Below are positions 22,701-34,730 of a DNA stretch of 64,000 bases, in pieces (the stretch's first letter is position 1; every line of letters begins with the position of its first letter). The position numbers and the translations under genes are program-made. This DNA comes from Macrostomum hystrix. Taxonomy: Eukaryota; Animalia; Platyhelminthes. Where the stretch lies: positions 11,036,001-11,100,000 of the forward strand of contig CATNEN010000007.1 in the NCBI GenBank assembly GCA_950097015.1, in the 5' to 3' direction. The notes beneath the pieces were generated by a model. That model ran no database searches and was not told where the DNA came from. It saw nothing but the letters and a program-made list of their open reading frames with translations.

Positions 22701-24359
22701 TGATTGCAACTGGTGTCTGACTGATTGCAACTGGTGTCTGACTGATTGCAACTGGTGTCTGACTGATTGCAACTGGTGTCTGACTGACGGCAACTGGTGT
22801 CTGACTGATTGCAACTGGTGTCTGACTGATTGCAACTGTTGTCTGACTGATTGCAACTGGTGTCTGACTGATTGCAACTGGTGTCTGACTGATTGCAACT
22901 GGTGTCTGACTAATTGCAACTGGTGTCTGACTGATTGCAACTGGTGTCTGACTAATTGCAACTGGTGTCTGACTGATTGCAACTGGTGTCTGACTGATTG
23001 CAACTGGTGTCTGACTGATTGCAACTGGTGTCTGACTGATTGCGACTGGTGTCTGACTGATTGCAACTGGTGTCTGACTGATTGCAACTGGTGTCTGACT
23101 GATTGCAACTGGTGTCTGACTAATTGCAACTGGTGTCTGACTGATTGCAACTGGTGTCTGACTAATTGCAACTGGTGTCTGACTGATTGCAACTGGTGTC
23201 TGACTGATTGCAACTGGTGTCTGACTGATTGCGACTGGTGTCTGACTGATTGCAACTGGTGTCTGACTGATTGCAACTGGTGTCTGACTGACTGCAACTG
23301 GTGTCTGACTGATTGCAACTGGTGTCTGACTGATTGCAACTGGTGCCTGACTGATTGCAACTGGTGTCTGACTGATTGCAACTGGTGTCTGACTGATTGC
23401 AACTGGTGTCTGACTGATTGCAATTGGTGTCTGACTGATTGCAACTGGTGTCTGACTGATTGCAACTGGTGTCTGACTGAGCTGTGTGTGCGAGCCTTAT
23501 GGTTTTGTTTTGTTTTAATGCAAATCACGGAAATGTTCTTGGAGCTAAAAGACGTTGTTACACTTAAGATATGCAAGTTTAGATCAAGTTACATCTCGCA
23601 AAATCCATCATCAAAAAGCATTCGCTCCGTTTGCAAAGACAGGCGCGCAGATTCCAGAACAACTCCCACAATCTTGAATCACCACTGTACTGCTTCGGAA
23701 AGCTAGAGATTTTGTTTTGCGAGTGCGCAATTCTTCTATTGGCGTGCAATAAATTCCGAAAATATGCCTGTGCGAGCTCAGCTGTTAACGCAGGATTATA
23801 ATAAGACACTAAAATCTTATAACTAATAATTTTCTGGCAAGCGAGCAGTTTGTTTTGGAGACTGACTTGAAATTGTAAAAATTTATATTATTAATTTATC
23901 TGTTCAAGTGAAACTTTACAGTTACACAGTTACAGTGAGCTGTGAGTTCAGTGAGCTGTGAGTTCAGTGAGCTGTGAGTTCAGTGAGCTGTGAGTTCAGT
24001 GAGCTGTGAGTTCAGTGAGCTGTGAGTTCAGTGAGCTGTGAGTTCAGTGAGCTGTGAGTTCAGTGAGCTGTGAGTTCAGTGAGCTGTGAGTTCAGTGAGC
24101 TGTGAGTTCAGTGAGCTGTGAGTTCAGTGAGCTGTGAGTTCAGTGAGCTGTGAGTTCAGTGAGCTGTGAGTTCAGTGAGCTGTGAGTTCAGTTAAAAGGA
24201 AAAATTGGAAACTGGAAATGGGAGATAAAGCAACAATTTTATCCCTGAGTCACAGTGCAAAGTTTAGCGGCCGAGCTAATCAAGGAAAGCAGCGAGACGT
24301 GACATGCCTAGCCCGGCCGAGAACTTACCACAGGCCAGAAGAACAACCGCAGATGCCAT
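19746..24359 (-). CDS. Secreted EF-hand protein of unknown family, 248 aa, 3 exons
   Basis: Exons 24359-24329, 21300-20995 and 20155-19746 (GT-AG, phases 1 and 1; 747 nt = 249 codons including stop). Splicing yields signal peptide MASAVVLLACAALILAQSAA. Canonical EF loop DENNDGCLTLAE. Basic C-terminal tail. Confidence 0.75.
20159..20864. repeat. 29-bp intronic minisatellite (CAATGGCCTGATCTATTTCTGTGTCTCTG), ~24 copies
   Basis: Fills most of intron 2 of the EF-hand gene and abuts its acceptor. Confidence 0.96.
21322..23480. repeat. 21-bp intronic minisatellite (GCAACTGGTGTCTGACTGATT), ~103 copies
   Basis: Directly visible. Source of the spurious SVRHQLQ ORF. Confidence 0.97.
23933..24193. repeat. 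16-bp intronic minisatellite (CAGTGAGCTGTGAGTT), ~16 copies
   Basis: Directly visible. Confidence 0.96.
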
Positions 24360-24672
24360 CTGCTGTGCTGAGATTGAATCAGATCGTCGAAGTGAAACTT
24401 TGTTTCGTGTATGAAAAGAACCAATCAAATGTTATTAGCGATGAAATTATCAGTGAACTGAACCAGCTGGTAAAGTGTGCCGCGAGTTATAGAAAATATT
24501 TTTGGCTTAACTTTCTGCGTGATCCGCTGCCCAGCCAATGAGAAGCGGCGGAGACATCCGCCTCCACGGCGCTAAATTTGGCCTGCGACTGTAGGCTAAA
24601 TTTGACTGCTTTGAGTTTTCGACAAGCACAAGAGAGGATGTTTGAACTGAACTTCACTTAGCAGTTGGCGTT

Positions 24673-25535
24673 TACCCAAGCTAGTGAAGGCGATACCCAA
24701 GCTGGTGAAGGCGATACCCAAGCTAGTGAAGGCGATACCCAAGCTGGTGAAGGCGATACCCAAGCTGGTGAAGGCGATACCCAAGCTAGTGAAGGCGATA
24801 CCCAAGCTAGTGAAGGCGATACCCAAGCTAGTGAAGGCGATACCCAAGCTAGTGAAGGCGATACCCAAGCTGGTGAAGGCGATACCCAAGCTAGTGAAGG
24901 CGATACCCAAGCTGGTGAAGGCGATACCCAAGCTAGTGAAGGCGATACCCAAGCTAGTGAAGGCGATACCCAAGCTAGTGAAGGCGATACCCAAGCTAGT
25001 GAAGGCGATACCCAAGCTAGTAGAGGCGATACCCAAGCTAGTAGAGGCGATACCCAAGCTAGTAGAGGTGATACCCAAGCTAGTATAGGCGATACCCAAG
25101 CTAGTATAGGCGATACCCAAGCTAGTGAAGGCGATACCCAAGCTAGTGAAGGCGATACCCAAGCTAGTAGAGGCGATACCCAAGCTAGTAGAGGCGATAC
25201 CCAAGCTAGTAGAGGTGATACCCAAGCTAGTATAGGCGATACCCAAGCTAGTATTGGCGATACCCAAGCTAGTAGAGGCAATACCCAAGCTAGTATTGGC
25301 GATACCCAAGCTAGTAGAGGCGATACCCAAGCTAGTAGAGGCGATACCCAAGCTAGTAGAGGTGATACCCAAGCTAGTAGAGGCTAGTAGTGAAGGCGAT
25401 ACCCAAGCTAGTCTGGGAGACTCGATACCCAGTCTGGGAGACTCGATACCCAGTCTGGGAGACTCGATACCCAGTCTGGGAGACTCGATACCCAGTCTGG
25501 GAGACTCGATACCCAGTCTGGGAGACACGATACCC
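24673..25535. repeat. Compound 21-bp minisatellite: GATACCCAAGCTAGTGAAGGC (~35x) then GATACCCAGTCTGGGAGACTC (~6x)
   Basis: Two related units sharing CGATACCCA. Intergenic, between the EF-hand and TRP genes. Confidence 0.96.
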
Positions 25536-26207
25536 AACGAAACCCACCCAGCCAAATGTTCAGTCCATCGCCTACTACTGTCAATAGCCAGTTCACACTA
25601 CTACGAGCGTACAAGCTAAACCAAAAAAGTGACAGCAGCTGACCACTGAGACTGTGGCTGCTTCATGGAGACAAATTATCAGCCCTGGCTAATTAATTGT
25701 AGCACAATAATAAATATTGTCTGACACTGCGGGTTCCATATCTCTGCCAGACTTTGTGGCGCTGCGGGCAGTCCAGAGCCAGATAAGCGGCCTCACTGCC
25801 AAGTCAGATTGGCCATTTCGTGGAACTTGTCGTGCACAATTCAAGTTGCTGGGAACCGAGAAATAAACTACCAAAGTTCACAAGCTCCGCGCTAGAGTTT
25901 TACAGGCAAAAAGAAAACCAAAAGAGGTTTGTTATTACGAGCTATTAGAGCAAGCACAACAGGTCCTGACAGATGAAAGCGGATCCTAGTCATTGTGGGC
26001 TGTGAAGCCAATCCGATGAATGCGAGTGCGACAGATCTTTATTCCTAGAAAAGCTTGCGGTTTCAGGAGTTTCTACGACAAACGAATGCGCAGCGGAAGG
26101 GAGCGGGGCTAAAGCTGGTGAGGCAGTCAGGCAGGAAGGTCCTTGACCTCCGATTGAAGCGGCACAGGCAGGAAGCAGGAAGACAGCGGGGTGGAGGCTG
26201 CTGGTTT

Positions 26208-29200
26208 TCACAGGTCTTCCCGGCCCTCCTCAATGAAGGGCATGGCCATTACAGAGGCCCGCTTGTTGCTGATGTTGCTGGGACCGCGGAGGCTGATGGC
26301 TTTGAGCTCCTTGACCAGCGACTCCAGCTTCTTGACCGTCTCCTCCACCCGGTCGAACCGCATTAGGCGCTCGTTGATGGCGTTGACTTGCTGGAAGATG
26401 ATCTTGTTGCCCTCGTCCAGGTCCTCCTCGTCCAGCACAACGCCGTTGAAATCGGAGCGGCGGTTGCGGAAGGCCAGCGCCTGCGGGAGCGGGCAGAGGG
26501 TTTGTACTTGCTGACTGGCCTCCTTAACACATTCTCCATCACCTGCCAGCTTACCTGGTAGTACAGGCTCAGCATGTACACTTTGCAGTCATGCGGCGTC
26601 TCTCCAACGGGCAGGGCCCCGCCAGCCGCCGCCGCAGCCTCAGCAGCAACCACTGCTGCTGCGGGCAGCCCGCGCTGCGGCGCCTCGCCGGAACTGCGCC
26701 GCCGCGCTCGCCTCAAGAGGTAGATTGCCAGGTTGCGCAACTCGGTCAGAATGTTGAAAGGCGGCGGCAGCGCCGACCGCGTGTTGAACTCCTCGATGAG
26801 ATCGAACTTCTCGAACTGCCACATGGCCTTGGACTCGCTGTCAATGGCGTCGATGGTTTTGCTGAACATGGCGACGATGACATTCAGCAGCAGGATCTGC
26901 ATAACAACAATGTACAGCACCATGTACACGGTGGGCACCAGCACTGCTCCAATGGGGTGCACGCAGTCCGGCAAGTCTCCATCGTCGGCATTTGGTCCGC
27001 CCATGTCGCTGATGTTGCAGGCCTTGACATCGTTAAGGCCGTACTCGCCGACGATGGCGTAGAAGGTGTTCCGGAACATGCCCAGGATGATCTCGTTGGC
27101 GCTCTCGCGACCCTCCGAGCCGGTGCCGCTGCTCTGGATGGACTTGCCCTCTGGGAATTGCAGCGCCTGGGTTTGGCAATCGACAGATTGGCGGGGGCTG
27201 TGGCAAAGGCTCTTACAATAAGAAATGCAATAACAATAACAATGCACTGCTCACGTGAAAGGTGACTCCGAAGCCGAACATGAGCACGAACAGAATAAAT
27301 AGGAAGGGCAGGAAATCCTTCTTCACCATCAGCGACATCATCTTGAGCTTGGGTCCGAGGCTCTCCAGCACAACGGAGATGTAGAGCAGGCGCACCCAGT
27401 ACACCAGGCAGGTGGTGGTGAGCAGCACCAGGGACCAGTAGCGTTGAAACGGATTGTGGACGGAGCTGTTGTGAATCCTGAGCGCGAAGGCCACGAAGCC
27501 GCAGGTGATGGCGGTGATGTCGATGACGTTCCAGCCGTCGAAAAAGTAGTTCTTGATCGACTCCTCCCTGGCGGCGGTGATCATCTCGTTGATCTCCTCG
27601 ACCAAGAAGCCGAGCAGAGTCAGGTAGCAGACGATCTCCCCCACAGTGATAGCCCGGCCCATCTGGAACATGACCACATAGGACAGCAGCAGCACGAATG
27701 TGATGTGCGCCGTCACGTGCATGCGGAACTTCACGCAGGGGATCTGATAGAAGCGCAGCAGCTCAGACAATGAGCTCAGCTTCTGCTGCGGCCGCAGCTG
27801 CTGACTGGGCCGGCCCTGAATTAGCGACACCTCTGGGCCGTCCTGGCGAGTCTCATTCAGCGGGCAGCCGCCGCCGTCATTGTTTCCGGATGCCTGCCCG
27901 GCCGCCTCGCTGGGGACTCCGCTGGGCTTCACATAGTCGGGCTCGTGCACCCGGAAGCGGGGCATGAGGAACAGCAGCACAGGGTACAGGGGCGGCACAA
28001 AGCCGCAGGCGATGGCCAGCTCGACTAGCAGAGTCTGGCCGGGGTCTTTCAGCGCGAAGAAGAAGTCGGTGTACCACATGCGGTTAAGCGCCTCCTTGGA
28101 TGCCGGGGGTTGGTTGGTTCGGGATCGCCGTCCCAGACTTAGGATAATTTAATATTAACTAATTAGGATGGCTTACCTGCACAATATCGATGATGACGAA
28201 GTTGCTTGACTCGCCCTTGGCGGCCAGCTCAAGGATGCTGTAGCCGCCGAATGTCTCTAGAGGCAGCATCACCAGCTCCATGGTCAGGCAGTTGTTCGAT
28301 GTGACGTCGACATCCTTGATGCTGCGCAGAGCCTGGATGGCGATGCCTTCGCAGGTGATGGCCATCTTGGTGGCCTTGTTGGCGTAGACGTCCTCGATGT
28401 CCCGCCGGCGGCCGAGGCTGCGCAGAATTTTGGCCAGCAGCAGCGCCTGCGGAATGGTGTCGAAGTCCTCCTGGCGCAGGAAGTAGGGCGCCAGCCGCAG
28501 CCGGCCGGTCAGCACGCACCACATGGCCAGCGACTCCACCGGGTCCCGCATCGCCTGCAGCCGCTGGTCCGCAGCTGCCGGGCTGGCAGCCGGCGTCGTG
28601 TCGCCCGCGGACTCGGAGTCGGACTCACCGACCCACTGCAGCTGCCAGAACTGAGTCAGCTGCGCCACCAGCCGGTGCAGCTTGGAACTGCTCACGCGGC
28701 CCTCCTCGTTGAGGCAGTTACGGTAGACCAGGCCTTTGATGCCGTCCTTGCGGCGCTCGCCCAGGCTCCGGTCGTACACCTGGCGGCGGTGCGGCGCATT
28801 GCAATGTTCTGATTTGTGATATTCCCCAGTATGTCAAGAATACGAGGCCTTTCCCATATGGCCTTTCTCGTATGGCCTTTCCCATACTTTGGTATTTGCT
28901 GATTACTTGCTTAAAACCGCAATCGATTGGGAAATCTCACATCTCAACAGCACTCACGTTTATGATCCTGTTTTCCAGGTGCGCCACCACCGCCGACCAC
29001 AGCATCCCGAGCTTCATCACCTCCTGCAGCAGCGCCTCGTTCTGTGGCACGAAGATGTGCTTGAGGAAATTGTCGGCGATTTTTCCCACCATGCCAGCCT
29101 TGATGATCTCGTCCGCCAGGCCGCTCGTGCACGCCTTCAGCACAATGTCCACGAACTCATTGATGTCGAACTTGTCGCTGAAGCGGATATGAGTAAGCAG

Positions 29201-30254
29201 CGTGTCGTTGGTGTGGTCATCTAGTAGGTTCGTCTCCTCGTCGCATTCGTTGTGGCCGAAGTTGTGCTGGAACTCATTGTCCACGGTTCGCAGCAGTCGG
29301 AGGAAGCGCTGGCCCTGCGGCATTGCCAGCAGCTCCTGGATGCTGCTGCCTCCGCTATTCAGCACCGGGTTGACCATCCACTGGCCCATGCCCTCCAGGA
29401 TTGCCGTGTCCTGCGCGGAGGAGGTGTGGAGCGGGAGGTGCGCTTGAAGAAGCACTCACGCCACTCACCACTGCCCTTAACTGAGCATTGCAAGAAAGAG
29501 GCCTCACCTGCTTTGCCAGCACGATGTCGATAGCCGTGCGCTCCTGCACGTCGTAGAGGTCCAGCCTCGGTCCGAAGCTCAGCACAGTCAGGAAGAGCTT
29601 GGAGTTGCCCAGGTTGGCCGCAATGTGCAGAGGCGTGAAGCCCCTGGCACCGTGCCTGTTGCGCAGGTGCGGCCGGTGCGCTAAGAGGAGCTCAGCGGCC
29701 CGGACATTCTCCTCCAGGCAGGCCCGGTGGATTGGCAGGTCGCCGTGCAGGTCAAAGGTGTCGCAGTTGGCGCCATGGTCGAGCAGCAGGTGCAGGAACC
29801 GTTCGTCGCCCCGGTGTCGGACAGCGGTGTGTACTGTGGACTCGATATTGTTGCGGCCGCCATTGGGGACGGCGCCACGATCCAGCAGCAGCTGCAGGGC
29901 CTCGAAGGAGCGCTGCGTCAGCGCCAGTTCCAGTGCCGTTTGGCCCTTCTTAGTGGTGGCCTCCAGCTCCGCCTAGGTGGGGTTGGTGCAATGAGTTAAA
30001 TGAGTGCACCTTCCATATTGGCTTCTGCAACAACAGCGAAGCGAAGAATGCCACCGATAAGGCGAACTGAACAATGCTCTCACCTGCTGATCGAGAAGGA
30101 TGGCCAGCACGTCGACGCGGTTGTCAGCCGCAGCGCGGTGAATCAGGCGCCAGCCGAGGCTGCTGTCCAGCTCCGAGTTCGGCGAGCAGCTGCCCGTGGC
30201 CAGCATCTCGCGCAGCAGCGCCGGGGACTCGGAGGCCCGCTGCAGGCTGCCCAT
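26208..30254 (-). CDS. Ankyrin-repeat TRPM-like cation channel, ~1138 aa, 7 exons
   Basis: Exons 30254-30084, 29972-29508, 29410-28958, 28779-28177, 28094-27255, 27166-26555 and 26480-26208, all GT-AG and phase 0. Ankyrin repeats (GWRLIHRAA, GQTALELA, GDLPIHRAC, GFTPLHIAA). TRPM-type motifs: PVESLAMWCVLTGR..LA.YF, LELA...S.NF...VQ..L...W, FYQIPCVKF, YFFDGWNVID, LGPKLKMM, pore FYAIVGE with a Cys pair, LLLNVIVAMFS, TRP box WQFEK...LPPPF, and a C-terminal coiled coil. Confidence 0.9.
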
Positions 30255-31149
30255 GCTGCCCGCTGGTCCGGGAAGAGGCAAAGACTCGTAGAGACGCTGG
30301 GTGGAGGAGGGCAGCGAGGTAGTCGGAGGACGCTATGGCGCTGCTGCTGAGACTTTGCAGCTTCAAATACGGTTCTGGGTAGAGTGAGGTACGCCCACCC
30401 CACCGCCCCTCACTGGCCGCCTCAGTGTGCAGAGCCTGCGGTCTTTGACTGCGAGTTCTGAGCGGCAGCTGCGGCGCCAGTCCCCAGGGCCTCCCCACCT
30501 CCCCCAACCAATGAGTAAGAAGTGAGGCGCTGCGGCTGTGTTCAGTGCAGGGAGGGGAGGATGACAGTCAGAGTAGACAACTTCGCTACTGTCTTTTTTA
30601 TCTGAATTAGCGCATGCAGTGAGAGCTATTGTGCCCTTGTCTGCCAGTGGGGGGAGCCGGTGTTTGTGCAAGAAGTTGACTGCATTCGCAGACGCCGCTC
30701 GAGGCAGTTCACTGCCTTTTTTTCAAGTGGAATAGAAAAACAAGCCCCAAACTGTTTCGTGTCAGTTCGAGATGAATTCGAATGCCTGACCTTGTGGGCC
30801 GAGGAGTCAGTTTTGTGCAGACGTGGCTTCTGTTTGTACTTGCAGCAATGAGCCCCCGGTCTCTTCCTACCTGCCATCGCTCTGCTCCAACACAGCAAGC
30901 GAGCTATAGGAATTGTTGCAGCCGGGCAGATAAGGCGCGGCCGCCCGCTGAGGAGCGGCTGCCTGCACAGAGCCAAAGGCTGCGTAGAGGGAAAGTGCAG
31001 GCCCGAGCAGTGCGACCCGCCGCATGCCGTCGGACTGTTTTTACTGTTAGCCGCTGGCGGACCAAAATAATTCAAGGCCCGGAATTAGCTTGCGCCTGCC
31101 CTGGCGCAACGGTCCCACTGCTGCTTTAGCTGACTGCAGCTGTGAATAC

Positions 31150-32870
31150 AGATTGGCCCTGTAGGAACTTCATGGTTCGCGTCACGGGCAACTCAACGAA
31201 AGTCGTCATTCTAAATTCTAAAAAAGCAAAAACCTGCCTCGGGACCATTAAACACTGACTACCTTGTACTAACAACACACCCACTATAGTCTAGTTTGTC
31301 AGGAGAAGCAAGCATCGGTCTGCTCAGAACCATCGACAATCTCCTAAAAAATTCTAGGAAACATAGAGCTGAGAGCTGAGCCAGCAGCTAACTGAAGAAG
31401 AGCAGCAATGCGCACAATAATTGTGGGAGTCCATTTGTGTGTAAAAAAAGCAGTTAGGCAAATTCAAAGCACTTTCAACTCGGAGCAGAGGGTGTGCGAA
31501 GAGAGACAGGTGAAGGGAAGGGCAATGAGCTAATTGGGGGTGGCGGTTCGGGCTGAGTCACGCCTGGCCTTAGCTGTGCCGCCGCACAATGCGATGCAAA
31601 GTATCGCTGCTTATACCTATCGGCTTATTGTCCTGGTGCTGTCAACGATACAACGCTGCAGACGAGGACGACACGGAAGACGCCGACGATGCCGCAGAGG
31701 AGGGACGAAGACAACAAATTGTACAATTAATGCATTGAACAACTGACAACTGAAAAATTGTACAATTAATGCATTGAACAACTGACAACTGACAACTGAC
31801 AACTGAAAAATTGTACAATTAATGCATTGAACAACTGACAACTGAAAAATTGTACAATTAATGCATTGAACAACTGACAACTGACAACTGACAACTGAAA
31901 AATTGTACAATTAATGCATTGAACAACTGACAACTGAAAAATTGTACAATTAATGCATTGAACAACTGACAACTGAAAAATTGTACAATTAATGCATTGA
32001 ACAACTGACAACTGACAACTGACAACTGAAAAATTGTACAATTAATGCATTGAACAACTGACAACTGACAACTGAAAAATGACGACTGAACGACGCCTAT
32101 TTGACTATATTTATTTAAATTGTAAGTTTTTAGCTAATAAACTATTTTATACAAACAAAGCCTACTGCGTAACTATAACTAAAAATAGTTATAATTGAAC
32201 TGTTTCTAATTGAAATTCTACAGCTGCTCAAACTGCTCGTACGTTGCAGGTGCGGCATCAGATCCGTGGCTTTTCGTTCCGCAGCCTCCAGTTTTCAGAT
32301 CGCATCTCTAGTTCGGTGATTTTCAGCTTCGTCTAGAAGCCGTGGAAGTTGATCGCTCAGGCGTCGTTTGCATCGGTCCGGTAAATGCACTCATTCTTGC
32401 CCTTGGCGGAGTTCCAGCGATGAAGATTTCCACGTCATGATGATGTCTTTTCCATCGTCGTCCTCAGCATTGTTCTCCGTGCTTTCGTACGTCTCCGGGA
32501 CATCCAGACCAACAACGATGGCGGACTTCTTGTCCAATGATGTCTAGAACCAGATTGTCCACTTCGGTTAGCTGTTTTTTCCACCATCTGCTGCTGTCTT
32601 CCTATTGGCTTCGACCTTCTCAATAGTCCTTCGCTTAATATTTGGCCGAACGGTGTCACGCAAGTACGTAAAATCTTTTCGGGCACGGATTGAAACCGTA
32701 TTTCTCACGACAATTTCGGACGATATTCTTCCATGCGCTTGGTCGTTTTTCTTTGGTTAACACCGAGGTAAACTCGCCAAATAATGTTTTTTGACTTATT
32801 TAAGCGTATCTTCTCCAACAGAAGCGTTTTCTCACTTGCAGAGAGAGGCGAAGAGAAGAGAGAGAAGCGC
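31150..32870. mobile_element. Decayed PIF/Harbinger-like element: Myb/SANT-like ORF (-) convergent with a possible transposase remnant (+)
   Basis: Minus strand ~32850-32450 gives, across frameshifts, SASEKTLLLEK..TLFGEFTS..SAWKNI..DFTYLRDTVRPNIKRRTIEKVEANRKT..GG..LTEVDNLVLDIIG, a Myb/SANT-like domain typical of the second Harbinger ORF. Plus strand has weak transposase-like remnants (..PHN.., acidic tail DEDDTEDADDAAEEGRRQQIVQLMH*). Confidence 0.5.
31717..32080. repeat. 39-bp minisatellite with nested variable (GACAACT)n and palindrome AATTGTACAATT
   Basis: Directly visible. Units of 39 and 53 bp. Confidence 0.93.
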
Positions 32871-32907
32871 CTCCTCAAGGACGTAGAAACTTGTGGAAAC
32901 TAGAAAA

Positions 32908-34730
32908 CTGGGATTTGAAAGGCTGGATCTGGGATTTGAAAGGCTGGATCTGGGATTTGAAAGGCTGGATCTGGGATTTGAAAGGCTGGATCTGGGATTT
33001 GAAAAGGCTGGATCTGGGATTTGAAAGGCTGGATCTGGGATTTGAAAGGCTGGATCTGGGATTTGAAAGGCTGGATCTGTGATTTGAAAGGCTGGATCTG
33101 GGATTTGAAAGGCTGGATCTGGGATTTGAAAAGGCTGGATCTGGGATTTGAAAGGCTGGATCTGGGATTTGAAAGGCTGGATCTGGGATTTGAAAAGGCT
33201 GGATCTGGGATTTGAAAGGCTGGATCTGGGATTTGAAAAGGCTGGATCTGGGATTTGAAAGGCTGGATCTGGGATTTGAAAAGTCTGGATCTGGGATTTG
33301 AAAGGTTGGATCTGGGATTTGAAAGGCTGGATCTGGGATTTGAAAGGCTGGATCTGGGATTTGAAAGGCTGGATCTGTGATTTGAAAGGCTGGATCTGGG
33401 ATTTGAAAGGCTGGATCTGGGATTTGAAAGGCTGGATCTGGGATTTGAAAGGCTGGATCTGGGATTTGAAAGGCTGGATCTGGGATTTGAAAGGCTGGAT
33501 CTGTGATTTGAAAGGCTGGATCTGTGATTTGAAAGGCTGGATCTGGGATTTGAAAGGCTGGATCTGGGATTTGAAAAGTCTGGATCTGGGATTTGAAAGG
33601 TTGGATCTGGGATTTGAAAAGGCTGGATCTGGGATTTGAAAGGCTGGATCTGGGATTTGAAAGGCTGGATCTGGGATTTGAAAGGCTGGATCTGGGATTT
33701 GAAAAGGCTGGATCTGGGATTTGAAAGGCTGGATCTGGGATTTGAAAGGCTGGATCTGGGATTTGAAAAGGCTGGATCTGGGATTTGAAAGGCTGGATCT
33801 GGGATTGGAAAGGCTGGATCTGGGATTTGAAAAGTCTGGATCTGGGATTTGAAAGGCTGGATCTGGGATTTGAAAAGGCTGGATCTGGGATTTGAAAGGC
33901 TGGATCTGGGATTTGAAAAGGCTGGATCTGGGATTTGAAAGGCTGGATCTGGGATTTGAAAGGCTGGATCTGGGATTTGAAAAGGCTGGATCTGGGATTT
34001 GAAAGGCTGGATCTGGGATTTGAAAGGCTGGATCTGGGATTTGAAAGGCTGGATCTGGGATTTGAAAGGCTGGATCTGGGATTTGAAAAGGCTGGATCTG
34101 GGATTTGAAAGGCTGGATCTGGGATTTGAAAAGGCTGGATCTGGGATTTGAAAGGCTGGATCTGGGATTGGAAAGGCTGGATCTGGGATTTGAAAAGTCT
34201 GGATCTGGGATTTGAAAGGCTGGATCTGGGATTTGAAAAGGCTGGATCTGGGATTTGAAAGGCTGGATCTGGGATTTGAAAGGCTGGATCTGGGATTTGA
34301 AAGGCTGGATCTGGGATTTGAAAAGGCTGGATCTGGGATTTGAAAGGCTGGATCTGGGATTTGAAAGGCTGGATCTGGGATTTGAAAGGCTGGATCTGGG
34401 ATTTGAAAAGGCTGGATCTGGGATTTGAAAGGCTGGATCTGGGATTTGAAAAGGCTGGATCTGGGATTTGAAAGGCTGGATCTGGGATTGGAAAGGCTGG
34501 ATCTGGGATTTGAAAAGTCTGGATCTGGGATTTGAAAGGCTGGATCTGGGATTTGAAAAGGCTGGATCTGGGATTTGAAAGGCTGGATCTGGGATTTGAA
34601 AGGCTGGATCTGGGATTTGAAAGGCTGGATCTGGGATTTGAAAAGGCTGGATCTGGGATTTGAAAAGGCTGGATCTGGGATTTGAAAGGCTGGATCTGGG
34701 ATTTGGAAGGCTGAATCTGGGATTTGGGAT
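32908..34730. repeat. 21/22-bp minisatellite (CTGGGATTTGAAAGGCTGGAT), ~86 copies
   Basis: Directly visible. Confidence 0.97.

Noticed and set aside
21264-23576. 770-aa (SVRHQLQ)n ORF resembling a heptad coiled-coil protein
   Set aside because: It is the stop-free frame of a 21-bp minisatellite inside intron 1 of the EF-hand gene. The flanking exons splice around it to make a signal peptide.
23579-23809. Possible extra phase-1 exon of the EF-hand gene
   Set aside because: Frame-compatible but AT-rich, and it would split the signal peptide; not supported.
24596-25619. Repetitive ORFs (TSLGIAF, GDTQASE, KAIPKLV)
   Set aside because: Open in several frames on both strands because the unit is 21 bp; no unique coding flanks.
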